This document shows, piece after piece, positions 12,850 through 24,802 of a DNA stretch of 64,000 bases (position 1 is the first letter of the stretch; every line of letters begins with the position of its first letter). Source of the stretch: Hydrolagus colliei (Eukaryota); the NCBI GenBank assembly GCA_035084275.1, contig CM068754.1:8990001-9054000 (forward strand). Reading direction: 5' to 3'. The translations under genes and the position numbers were made by a program. A model generated the notes under the pieces. The model was not told where the DNA came from, searched no databases, and was given only the letters and a program-made list of their open reading frames with translations.

Positions 12850-13130
12850 GGGTGTACCACTAACCACAGGTTGCAAGTTTAATTCCCAGTCTGTGCAGAG
12901 TTAGCTTAATCCAGCCAGGAAGAATATTAGAGTTAGTTTTAGCGACTCAGCCAGTGAGAAGGTGATGAGGCCTCCGGCAATGTATGCACATGTTGAAGTG
13001 AAAACAAGCTTCTGAGCTTGTGTAGGAAGAATAAATACGTAGGGCAACTAGCATAACCTCCCTGGCACTGGTGCCAATGGAACTGTGCCCTAGTATGAAT
13101 CAGCAACTTCAAATGAGGAAGAGAAAAAGG
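12850..13130 (+). repeat. Ancient SINE-like dispersed repeat; related copies near 24500-24950, 30350-30700 and 48690-48990
   Basis: Motif ctgtgc.gagttagct shared with the 24505 copy; the family is only recognisable as degenerate blocks. Confidence 0.45.
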
Positions 13131-14150
13131 TTAAAAACAAAAAACAAACTATGATCTGAGTGTCCATCCTGTAAATCCTAGAGAGAATACATATAAGGCT
13201 GGTTGTATCCAAAGCATATTTGGATGTAACCCAAGAGAGGATTTAATTTCATTCAATAAAATATACATAATCCAATTCGATAAGGATCTCAACTAAACCA
13301 GTATTTAAATCTCACTGGATTTCAATCTGATTTATCCAATTATTTTAAAAACTTATTTTCATAATTTGTTTTATTCTAAATTCAGATTTTTTTTCCTCTA
13401 GATTCCTCAACCATTATCCTTATTGAGATGTTAATCCACAGGTGAAATGCAATGTTCTCTGTCCTCTGCCCAAAATAAATAACTTTATTAACTTTTTGAC
13501 AAAATGACAACTAGAATTTGTCACTATGTTTCAAGAGCACAAAAATGCCCCTATTCCCTGTTTGAAATCAATAGCGAATTCTTGTTTGTTTTCAATGTTC
13601 TATTTCTATATTTTACAAACTCCAAACTGCAACAGGGTATCAGTCATTATGATTGAACCTGATCTATCAGCAATCTCCCAATACATTCTTCCTGCAAAAC
13701 GATGTACTTTTCTAACAGCTGGATGCTGGACTTTAACTAGAGAATAAGTGTACCTGTTTAAGGGACCCTATAAAAAATTAATGAAAGAGCACTTCTCCTC
13801 ATGCCTATATGCTCAATATACTATTCCACAAACTCATATCCAAGGATTGGGAGACAATTTGGTGCTTCCAAATGTTTGGAATTAATGATTATCCTATTTA
13901 AACCATGCATGTGTTTGCTTTCTTAAAAAATCGATCACTCGAATAATCCAGTTTTCTTCAAATTGGCAAATATAACATTTATAGGCAAATAATATTTATA
14001 GGCAAACATGCAGACAGTATTCTTTTTAGCACTTAAACAATGCCAAGCATGTATATGTCAAGCCACAACCACCATAAAGTATGATTAACACCCCCCGGCC
14101 ACCCCCCCACGTTACATAAACAGCAGCAGCTAAATGTTGTCCAGGTTTAC

Positions 14151-14296
14151 CTGAATGTTCGTTAGTAGAGTTTCTATCGAAGACAGTCCGTCAGCAAATA
14201 AAAATGGTGCAGGGAACCCAGGGGGTAAAGCCTGACCAGCCATGTGAAACTTCTCAATGCTGGTTCTGATTGCTGGCATCACAAGTTGTGTCTCAT
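14151..14296 (-). CDS. DACH2: Dachshund homolog exon, 146 bp, phase 1-0: (D)ETQLVMPAIRTSIEKFHMAGQALPPGFPAPFLFADGLSSIETLLTNIQ, start of DD2/Box-C
   Basis: Acceptor ttttgtaatgttgcag| and donor CAG|gtaaac. Contains the DD2 motif SSIETLLTNIQ. Confidence 0.95.
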
Positions 14297-15239
14297 CTGC
14301 AACATTACAAAAAAAGAAGTAATTTATCAGATAGTGTAAGATTGTGTGATAGGGAAAAATCTACATGCACCAGAATCATCCTCATTTGAGTATTATGCGA
14401 TATGATCCTAATTTTAAAATGGAGTCACTGAGACATGAATTTATCTGTAGCAAAGCAGGTACCAATAATGTGAAAATCCCATCCACCATATATTCCTGAG
14501 TCTTAATACCTTTACTATCATGTGTGGAATAATGTACTTGTGGGGATCATTTACAGGCTTTATATGGGCCTTTCCGAGTTGGTTTGAGACCAATAATGTA
14601 TTGTGCAAGTATAAGGCCAAACCATCATGGGAATCGAAACACATCTGTACTAAATCCTCTGACCATCTGCTATTATATATAATACAGAAAATACATTTTG
14701 CCCTGTTTTCAATTTGTGGCAAAATGGTCGACGTTGCATCAGGAAGCTTACTGCGCAGGTGAAAAGGCCATTGTGTAATGCAGAACACAATTTTATTGTG
14801 ATGAGTGGTTCTGTATATTAGCTCTTCTGATGTGAACGTTGCAACATTCCAGGGAGCACTGCTCACTCTCCTAAATCTCTAAGCCATTCTCTTCCTTTTA
14901 TATAATTATGACTTCTCTTTAGCTATGGATTTTTTTTGATATGGCTTACTAAACAAATGATACATTTATAACACGCAGATGAAAGCACACATTATCAGGG
15001 GAATTATTATTAGTTCTTTATCAGGGGAATTATTATTATTATTATTATATTACATTTGTTGCTTTTCCGTATGTTCAAGGAAACTATTTGGGTGCAAAAA
15101 TCAATTCTAATGACACTGGTTTGTGTAATTTTAGCATTCACCTTTGCCCTGGTGGTGCACAAGAGAGGTTAGTGTCGGTTTGAGGCAGGAATAAAGAAGG
15201 CAAAAAGGATGGAAACAGCTCAGGTCCTTAGATATCACA

Positions 15240-15690
15240 CTCCAGTTCTGGTGAGACCACACCTAGAGTACTATGCACAGTTCTGATAACATAAGGGAGC
15301 TGTCTGGGCCTTTGAGGCAGTGCGGAGGATAATCCTCGGGACTAGAAGAATGAGTAATGATTGACTCATGAAGACTCTTTGGTCTCAAAAAAAGAGAGAA
15401 CCTTTATAGAGATATGGAAAATTTTAAATGGGATTTTTAAAAAAGTAAACAAACACAATGCTTACAAAATCCCCAAGGCAATAGAATGAGAAGATACACG
15501 TTTAGATTTGCAAAGGGCAATTTCAGGACAGACAATTGGAAGTATTTATTTACCCAGGGGGTAACTAACGAATGGAACAGGTTACCAGGAAGAGTGGTTG
15601 AGGCCAGGAAACGGGACGCTTCTTTAAAAATACACATGATGCTGTGATGAGAAGAGGGTAGGATGGATATTCTGTTAGGGAAGTCAAATG
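15240..15690 (+). mobile_element. Old degenerate CR1 ORF2 3' fragment
   Basis: ctggtgagaccacacctagagtactatgcacagttctg encodes LVRPHLEYYAQF. A downstream FTQGVTNEWNRLP stretch parallels FTQRVVRIWNALP of the young CR1. Multiple indels. Confidence 0.75.
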
Positions 15691-17316
15691 AGTTGACATT
15701 TGAATTGCAATTCTTGCAGGCTGACTGAGATGTAATAACACAATTGCTGGAGAATTCTCCAGATTCACCTGTCTTATTATCCCAAGTAAAGGAGAGGTGT
15801 AGTAGTTTTTTTTTAAATCTGGAAAGGGAGAACATTGGCTGCATTAAATTTACTTCTTAGCTGTTGTTCAGTAAAACTGAGCTGACTATTATAAAGTACT
15901 GGACTACAGTTAAAGGCTGTGATACCGTGATATTTTGATCAACGATCGATAAACTTGATTTGTTCTTGTTTCAGGACTTTTTTTTTACTAAGCCAAACAG
16001 TTTGATTTATCTACCTCTAATCCAATAATTCAGAAAGATAAAGTAATGTGTTTTTTTTCCCTCTCCTGCTGCTTTCAAATTGCTTCTAATTTTTATCAGA
16101 CATATTCCTGTAATTTGAAAAGCGCACTTCAGATTTTTGCTTGAGCTGTGCAAAATGTCCATCGAAATGCCAAACGGAAACGCAAGAACCCAGACATATT
16201 AACAAATCCTGGCCATGCTCACTCCTTGAACTGGCAATGTTGTTCAATTTACTGCTGCCACTAATTAAATAATTCATTGCAAAACAGTCTGAAAATTGGA
16301 GATGTAAAGAAAACATCAGGAGTAAAACACAAGGTCATATTAATTTTGTGCAGTCGATCTCTCACCAGTACTGCTGCAAATAGCCAGAGAATAGTTTGCA
16401 CCATATAATGTGCAATAGCATTTTAAGATTAGCCTTTGAGAATCGTAGCAGTATATCTGTATGAAAATAGTTCATTTTAATATGTTGTAGACCTATTGTG
16501 ACGGACACCATGACAGAGAAGAGCAATCTTCTGTAGTTCCATGGGTACGTTTAACATCTTAGATGATAGATCTTTGTTCTTAAGGCTTCATGAAAAAGGA
16601 AATGTGATTTTTGCTCAGAAGTTGCAAAGGACACTCAGTTCTCAGAAGAGTTATTTATCCTAAGTACTGTGGTTGTTTTTGCTGTAATATTTTTAATTAT
16701 CAGCTTTCTGCTTTGGCTCTCAAAGTGTTTTTAAAGAGCGACTTTTGCAAAGTCAGCAAGGATATTATTGAAGCTCATTCAAATGGAACCAAGAAATGTT
16801 TTCCCTAAACTCTCTCCCACTCTCTCTCTTGTTTTGTGCTTTCAAATCATAGAGCAGCCTTGAAGCAAAATAAATTTGCACAAATACTTCAAGCAGAAAC
16901 ATATTAAAGCTGTAGCAAAGATGTCAGTTATAATTAAGAAAGGTTTCTTATTTTTCAACCTGATAACAATGCATTTCTAATCATAAAGTGGTGTTTAGTG
17001 TAACCCCCATAACTGAAACACAAATAAGATGTTTACATTGGGGAACATAAAAATGGTACGTTAACTCTTAACTCTCTGTCATTTGTAATGAAATATTTCA
17101 GGCAGACTTTCCTGTTTCTGCTCTGGTCATGTAATTTAGAATCATGGGCTTAAAGCAAATGGTAAAAACTTGCAAATCGTTTGGAAATTCAATATTTAGT
17201 TTTTTTTTACATTTTTGGAAAAAATGTAGGCTGTTGTCATTGAGCTACTAATTTTTTTCACATTTGATAATTTACATTTGATAATTTACCCCTTAATGTC
17301 ACAAATAACATCAATT

Positions 17317-17975
17317 TTGTGGAGTTCTACTACCTAGCCGATCTACTCTCCCCCTACACGCCCACCCGCACCTTCCGTTCAACAGGACTTGGCCTGCTCC
17401 AAGCCCCCCGCCCGAACCGCCCCACCATCGGAGGCCGGGCCTTCAGTTTCTCCGCTCCCACCTTATGGAATGCCATCCCTCAATCCCTCCGTTTCGCCTC
17501 TTCCCTTTCCTCTTTCAAGGCCGATTTGAAGACTTTCCTCTTCGATCGTGCCTTTTGTTCCACCCCGAACTCTTTTATCTCCCCTTCGTGTTTCACCCTT
17601 TCCCAAACACTCCCCTCCCAGCTCGGGTCACACGCCTCTTGTTTAGCGCCTTGGGACATCCTCCCGACGTGAAAGGCGCTATATAAATGTAAATTGTTGT
17701 TGTTGTTGTTGTTGTTGTTCTGTAGCTCAGTGGTTAGAGCACTCGCCTCACAGTGAGGACCTGGGTTGGATTCCCGATAGGGCAAAATGTTGAGCAAGTT
17801 TCCCTAATCAGCACGCTTCTCCAGTGTAATAATACCTTTAAATATAATTAAGAAATACATAATTTTTTTTCATTCAATCCACGACTGTTTGTGGGACGCC
17901 ACTGTGCGCAATTGGCTGCCATGTTTTGCCTACTAAATATAGTCACTTCACTTTACAGTATTTTGAGACGTCTCA
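17317..17975 (+). mobile_element. tRNA-derived Deu-core SINE whose head is split by the L2 insertion
   Basis: tgtggagttct|L2|gttctgtagctcagtggttagagc (A box), gggttggattccc (B box), and the Deu-like core tgtttgtgggacgccactgtgcgcaattggctgcc. Confidence 0.8.
17329..17716 (+). mobile_element. L2-clade LINE 3' end (RT C-terminus, 3' UTR, (TTG)n tail)
   Basis: Encodes YLADLLSPYTPTRTFRS...GGRAFSFSAPTLWN...FKADLKTFLF. Tail is gacgtgaaaggcgctatataaatgtaaa(ttg)n. Confidence 0.9.
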
Positions 17976-20900
17976 CAATTTATTTATTGTCAGAAAGCAA
18001 AAACAAACCACTTAGGATAAATAACTCTTCTGAGAAACGAGTGTCCTTTGTAACTTCTGAGCAGAAATCGCTTTTCCTTTTCTATGAAGCCTTGAGAACA
18101 AAGATCTATCATCTAAGGATTATTATGAGCTTTGCTTCCAGCTGGTGTGGTATACACGCACACAGGCCATCTGTAGTAATGAACCATTTCTGGAGCAGGG
18201 AAGAAATCCAACATCTATGTAGAAAAAAGTGCCCAGTCTCTTCCACAACCTCGAGACCAGTTCCCTGGTGTTTTATTTGGGAGTGGGTGAAAAGCGTCTC
18301 ACCGCTAGCCTGAAAACCCATTTGTCTGGGCAAGACTGTGTGTTTCCTCTTAAGGGGAAGCTTGCTCAGTGTTTTTTTTTGAAGTGTCATATAACTTTTT
18401 CATTCTGTTCATTTTGATTATACTGTGTGCTATTTTCACAGTTAAGAGGAAGTGTTATCCTAGTTAGATTGGTCAGATATGTCTAACTGTACTGAAAATA
18501 GAGCACCTTGATCAAGACAGGACATTTTTTTTTTAAAAAAGCAAAGATGCATTTGATGTGAAATTAGGGGCAATCTTGTCCAAGTTCCAGTGTTGATAAC
18601 ACATCAGTGTGCACATTACTTTATAATTTCTCACTACAAGAGAACAGCTCAAAACGTGACCCTTTCATAATTTACACCCTTTTGTCATTTTCATAACCTA
18701 TTCGTTTACATTTGACCAATTGCATAAACTGTTTTCCCCCCCTTAAAGCTCTAAGCTACAACTTTAACATCTGCAGTACAATTCAGTGGCTTCTGCTGTA
18801 CTTCTAAGCCTGTCTACATTGTGACTCTGGCAGAGAGGTTGTCATTTAAACTGAATTGATATTTTCCCCCCTTCCTCAGACAGGATCCCATCAACACAGG
18901 GAAATAAATAGACCTGTGCAAGTAGTCTGGGTATGATTCATTCTGATAATCTGCCCCGGGAGAGGCAGCAGGAGATCATACACGAGATTGAGCTTCTCGA
19001 AGAAGACAAATTGGACAGGCAGTGCATTGAGGGTGGGAATTGGGATGACAGTACCAGAGGTCACATCGATTTCTAGCAGGAATTTCCAATGATAAGATAA
19101 CCTCTTGCTCTCTGTTACCTATTGTTCATTGGCTAGTTGTTGAACAAAAGCTGCATTTCAAACGTGCTTGTAAAGGCATCACCATTATTTTCTGTAATTG
19201 CTTGATTGTGAATTTTGCCGTGTTTTTGCAAGCCAGTTGCATTGGAAAAGAGGCATTGCACCTTTAAATTAATTTTAAATATGCAGTAAATGATCTCCTG
19301 TCACATTTCCATAAATGCTTTTGGATGAAAGAGGCAGTCCACAGCCCAGAGATCCCAGCGGCGAGATTCTGTGTATACATCTGTGATCATTTTGGGTCGT
19401 AATTTATGATTTCAGTCATTAACAAGTATCATTTGTGCCGTGGCCTCATTTTGCGAAGCATTTTTTGACTTTTTAATCCTGCTGCACAATTTCCTCCTGT
19501 GGTTTGATGGTTTGATCAATGATAACACTGAAAAAATAGCTTCAACAATTTTTTTGGGGGAGAATCAGATTATGATAAAATAATGTTTAAAATGATCATA
19601 AAAGTATTTTTTAATGACTTTCTTGGTGACTTTTTAGATTCTCACCACAGGTCAATAATGGCCTATTACTGTGGGTGGTAGTAGGGGTGGGAGGACAAAG
19701 CTGCCTGCAATTGTGTTTAAATTCGTACACAAGTATTGTAACACTAATTTTAGACAGCCTAATATTACAGTTAGGGGGGGATTTGGCTCTGTTTACAATA
19801 ATAGGTGCTTTTGAACTTCTGCTGGTTGTTCTAAAAAAAAATCATGTTGCATTTCAAACTTGCATTCAAAAATTAGGTTCCACTGGTGATAAACTGTGAA
19901 GGTTGACTGGTCATTTAAGTGTCTTCTTTGTGTAAAACATTCTTGATGATGGCCATTAAATGAAGTACTATATTGGTATAAGTAGACACTAAAAATGGTC
20001 CAGGAGGGTCCAGAAGAAAATAATCCAGGCTATAATTTTGAAAGAACTTGTATTCAAAGGTTGTATTGCATACAGAGTGATGCAGAGGGAGTTCAGAATT
20101 TGAACTATCTACTCGATTGCTATGATTGAAAGCTTTTCCTGTACCAGTGTGCCATAAAATCCAGTTGCAATAGTCACACTGATGTAAATTGTGAATGTGG
20201 TGTAGCAGTGTGGATAAACAGCCTGTATTTTGAAAGGCTGTGTTTTAACTAAAGGCCAGTCTCAAGCTCCGTAGTTCTGTTCCATGATACTCTTAAGAGT
20301 TCCCTTTTACTAACGTCATCTGCCCCATTTGCAAATGATCGTGGTGTCACTTTTATGATGGTCTGAGTGCCAGAGTAAAGCATCATCAGATACAATCTGC
20401 TAATGTGACTCCCAATATGTGAGGGTTTGTTTACAAGAAAGGACTGGGGTTGGAAGAAGCTGGGTTTCTGACACTAAACAACATCTTCAGCATACCTAAC
20501 CCTCACTTGTCAACGTCTTTCTTTTAATGATAAAACAAAATGAAATCATTTAACAAGCTTGACATGTTGGGTAGCAATTAAAAGCATTTATAGAAAAAAC
20601 AACTTCCGATTTAAAATAATTTACTGTATATAGATGAAATCTGCTTCCATTTAGATTAATATAAGCCATTTATTTGAGCAGCATTATTCTTTTAACCTCC
20701 ACAGCTGACCTTTTATTGCAAAACACCTGCTTCCCGTTTAATGGATCAAACAATGCATTACAAAGAAAAAGATTGTTTTCATCTTACTTCCAGTGTTGAT
20801 GTTCATTACACAGGAGAAAATGTTGTATTGCCATTTTTAGGCTGGTAATATTTCAGCTTTATTGCCATTTTTAGGCTGGTTATTATATTTCATTCTTTTT

Positions 20901-20994
20901 TTAAAAAAAACAAGACCACCCAACCTTTACTAACAAATCCCAACTTCCATGCCGGTTCCAAAAACATTTAAAATAATTTTTGACATTGGGAAGG

Positions 20995-21150
20995 AAAAGA
21001 GGTTAGAACCCTTTCACCTTTTAATGCTTTGGACTGAATCCAGCCCAGATTGATGGGACGAAGTCTCTCTCTGACTGTTGGCTGCAAGGAACATTGTTGA
21101 ACAAAGCTTGGTCAACATTAAACCAATTCCTAGCAGGCATGATTCTCCAG
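20995..21150 (+). mobile_element. LF-SINE-like ancient SINE fragment
   Basis: cctttcacct...gaatccagcccag...ccaattcctag are collinear with my recollection of the LF-SINE consensus; not verified by alignment. Confidence 0.55.
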
Positions 21151-21911
21151 CTCAGACTACTCCTAATTTGGCATTGAATTTACAATCACAAAAATGATGT
21201 GTACAATATGAAAAATGCCACACAAATGTAGCTGGCAATGCTGTAAGGCATATTGGTCTAGCAGAGTAGAAGGAACTTGACTCATGCACCTAGATGTGTT
21301 TTTAGTTGGTCTGGGAGTGCTTGATTTTCCACTGTTAAAATCCCTCAGCTTCGCAGTATGTAAAAATTCATCCTGCAAACTTGTGGAAAACAGTGTTTTT
21401 AACTTTGTGTAATCATCCAGCCCTAAATTCCTCCCACACACTCCATCCTGGAGTCCTTATACCTCACCCCATCCTTCCCACCTTTAAAGCCTACATTAGA
21501 GCTAACTTTCCACCATGCAATAGATTACGTTTTCCTTCCCTCCCCCACCCACTGCCACCTCCACACTTTGTGCTCCCAGTCAGCCATCTGAAGTGCTTTC
21601 ATAATGTCCTCCAAAGACATTATATAAGTATGAATTTTTGGTGCAATTCATGCCTTTTAGAATCAATCGAAGGGATGTATGAAAGTAGCTCCCCACCACC
21701 TTCTTTGTTGTTAGTGCTGGGTTCCTGGGATAACACACTGTCAATTTTCCTTTTTTCCTCTCTTGCCTACTGGGAAATCCAAGATTATTGGGATTCAAAT
21801 CTAAAAGTCCATATATGGAAAGCATATGCAGTATTTTTTTAAACTTGCTTTCAAACACTTTGAGATGGTATGATTACTGAATTTCTAAATCTGAATATCA
21901 AAGATTTTGCC

Positions 21912-22110
21912 ATGAACGTAAGAAATGCTAGATGATAAAAATGACCAAGGTCCATCTAGTTTGCCTTCCACCTTCCTGGCGGTCATGTGCACATATTTCC
22001 TGAACTACATATGTATTGTACTGTATCCCATAATGTTACTTCCTAAAAGTAAACTATCTCATCTGTGTTTGACAGAATCAACACTTCCTACTTCAACCGT
22101 TGTGAACTCA
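21912..22110 (-). mobile_element. Degenerate CR1-like 3' end
   Basis: gaacgtaagaaatgc...gaccaaggtccatctag resembles a reverse-complemented CR1 tail and 3' UTR. Confidence 0.4.
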
Positions 22111-24530
22111 TCCACATAATCTGGAGCCCCAGTTTGGCGTTGAGTGCATGTGTTTGATAAACCTATGATTATTGCTGCCTGAACCATGGTGCCCATGGTT
22201 GAGTTCTTGTGTGTGCTTTGCAAGGCAGGACAGCAGTCTCCTAGAATTTACCCCTGCATGACCATCCATTTTCCAGCTTGGCAGAGAACTGCAAAAAGCT
22301 CACTCAACTGAGGCAAGTGACAGGCAGCGTGTTAAACTGCTTTCTACCATAAACAATGGGATATCTGGCAAACCCTTGATCTTCCGAGCTTGTCTACATC
22401 GCAAGTCTTTTTAGTTATAAATTATACAGGAACAATATAGTGTTCCAGGAAAGATATTAAAGCCAGGCAGGAACACGGTTAAATGTCATCTGTTAAAGTT
22501 TAGGTGATCTGGTAAATTTAGTGCCAGATTCAGAAGCTCAGACGCAAAATTTATGAGCCTGGAATGCATAATCCCAATTTTTCCGTTGATATTTTGCAAA
22601 CACTTATGAATTGATCTACAGTTGGAGAAACAGATGGTCAGGTATGGAGCGCAAATAATTATTTCACATATTGTTCCACTAACCCTTCCAATTTCTCCAA
22701 ATAAGTTTTCCGTGATGGTATCCCTCTTTCCCTGTGTATAAATTACAGTAGAAATCAAATTCTTGAATTACTGCAGTCATCCATACTTCAAAATCTTATT
22801 TTTTCTGAAAGTGTTAATTAACAAGGCAAAAGTACAATCTTAGAAGCATGAACTGTGAGCTTTGGAGAGGGTAAATGTGTTGTTGGGTTTGAGTTGGTAA
22901 CATAGTAACACTGGCATGGTGGGTTACTAGATTTCCAGTTATCAACTTCGAAGCCATAAACCATTCACATTTTCACACTGCAAAGAATGCTCTGCTTGTT
23001 CCACCCCACCTCCCGCTTCAAATTTCCTAAGAATTGAGTGAACTTTATACATAATGTAAGTGACATTTTTGATGGTATATCAGCAAAATATTTTACATTT
23101 CTTAAATATTGCAATCCAACAAACTGGTCTAAAAATCTTATTCATGGTAACATCACCTACTGATATTTGTGATGGTCAGAATATGGTCTTGGTTCTGGGC
23201 AGTATGTTTTGTCTGTGAATCATTCAGAAGCAGAAGTACAGCTAAGAAAAATAACAGTACTAAAAATGCAATTAAAAGTGTGTCAGTGGTGAAACATTTG
23301 ATTCCTGTTGCATCCAGATGGAAAGTTAAAGACCAATTATAAGATCACTTTCAAATCTGTTTATAAATCCAGATTTTAAATGATGCATTTTCCTTCGGAA
23401 ACTACCTTCAATAAAGAGTAAACATTATACTGTAATCAGATTCAAATCATGGCAGAGGTGTCTTTGATTTATTTTTGGAACTACACTAACCTGTTTAAGA
23501 ATATAAAGAATGGTTAAATCTCTAATGGCAGCAGTAGGAGAAAGCCTTTCCTTCGAATAGAGTACAGGGAAACTTGAAACTAAATTTTGAATGTTCTTGC
23601 ACCAAATACATTAAAATTGCTTGGCACGCTGTTTGCTTATCCAGATTGAAATATTTGTATATTTGAAAATGATGTGATCTGAGTTTTGAGTGTGCGACAG
23701 AACTGAGGTGTGCCTGTGACTTAACATGGTGCTGTAATATGCACTGTTGTTAACTGAAGTCACAAAAGTACTGTTGCTGTTGTAGGAAAACCTGACCTGG
23801 ACTAATGTTGAATTCACTATTAGCTGTAATGTACAGTCCATGATGGATGGAATGACTGTGCCAGCTTGCACACTGCATAGAAATAACAACCAACGGTGCA
23901 CTGTAGATTGCCAGTGTGTTAAAGGGAAAATTAGAGCAATACAGTACTAGTTGTCAAAGTAATACAGTACTAGCAGTGACATCAGCCATCATTGCAGCTA
24001 AATTAAATACAGATGGTGAAATCTGCACTAAACGGGTCAATGGAACATTTAAGAAAGACGGGGCATGTATTTGGACTAAAGCCGGGCAATATTCGTGGTT
24101 TCTGTTATTTTTTAAATTAGGTAAACCTAATTGATTGTGGTTGCCATAATGATACACGAGTGTTAAAGGTGTTTGGTGAGCAATCCAGTATTTTCCCTCC
24201 CACTGTAAACATGCTAGGATTGAGGAAGGGCTGCTACACTCAATCCCATGTTAATGCGGGAATTTTTAAAATATTTACTCGGGAACGACTTGCTTGGTGA
24301 CTGCCTGATTGAATAATTTTAACTATTAAATGCTGACTGACTCAGAGCAGATTATTTAATAGAGAGGATTTGGAAGATCATTGGCATTGCTGAAAAGCAT
24401 GAGTGGGAAAGGAATTACCAAAGCTTTTGGGGATAGCCTTGCAAAATCTCCAATCCATGACTGCTCTTATTGATTGTGCTTACAAGAAGTCATTGTGCAG
24501 CATCGCTGATCTGTGCTGACTTAGCTGATT

Positions 24531-24802
24531 CCCTATGAAACCGCCTGCCCCGTCTGTTCAGCGGACTCTGCTCTGCTCCATGTCCTCACCCGACCTGCCC
24601 TACCATCGGCCATGCCTTCTTCAAGCCCCTCCTCTTCGATTGTGCCTTCTGCTGCTCTCCCAACTCTCTCCCTCCCCAACGAACTCTCTCCTGCTCCTCC
24701 CCCCTACCCCTCCCCATTGCTCAGATCCCGACCTGACTGTTCAGCGCCTTGGGATGTTCTCCCGATGTGATAGGCGCTCTATAAAAGTAATTTTGTTGTT
24801 GT
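24531..24802 (+). mobile_element. Older L2 3' fragment with (TTG)n tail, inserted in an ancient repeat
   Basis: ctaccatcggc...cagcgccttgggatgttctcccgatgtgataggcgctctataaa...(ttg)n. TGATT occurs on both flanks. Confidence 0.75.

Noticed and set aside
14441-14866. 141-aa minus-strand ORF just upstream of a DACH exon
   Set aside because: No recognisable homology, no ATG start and no convincing phase-compatible splice sites.
17721-17780. tRNA-like A and B boxes (also near 12740, 55260 and 59140)
   Set aside because: No complete cloverleaf; most continue into a SINE body, so they are SINE heads rather than tRNA genes.
17465-17797. MECHPSIPP... and poly-N ORFs (also at 32552 and 43392)
   Set aside because: Alternative frames of L2 3' ends and translations of the (TTG)n tail.
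22684-22731. Possible 48-nt phase 1-1 exon (KEGYHHGKLIWRNWK)
   Set aside because: Splice sites are plausible, but the peptide is not DACH-like and exon 30790-30870 already accounts for the expected segment.
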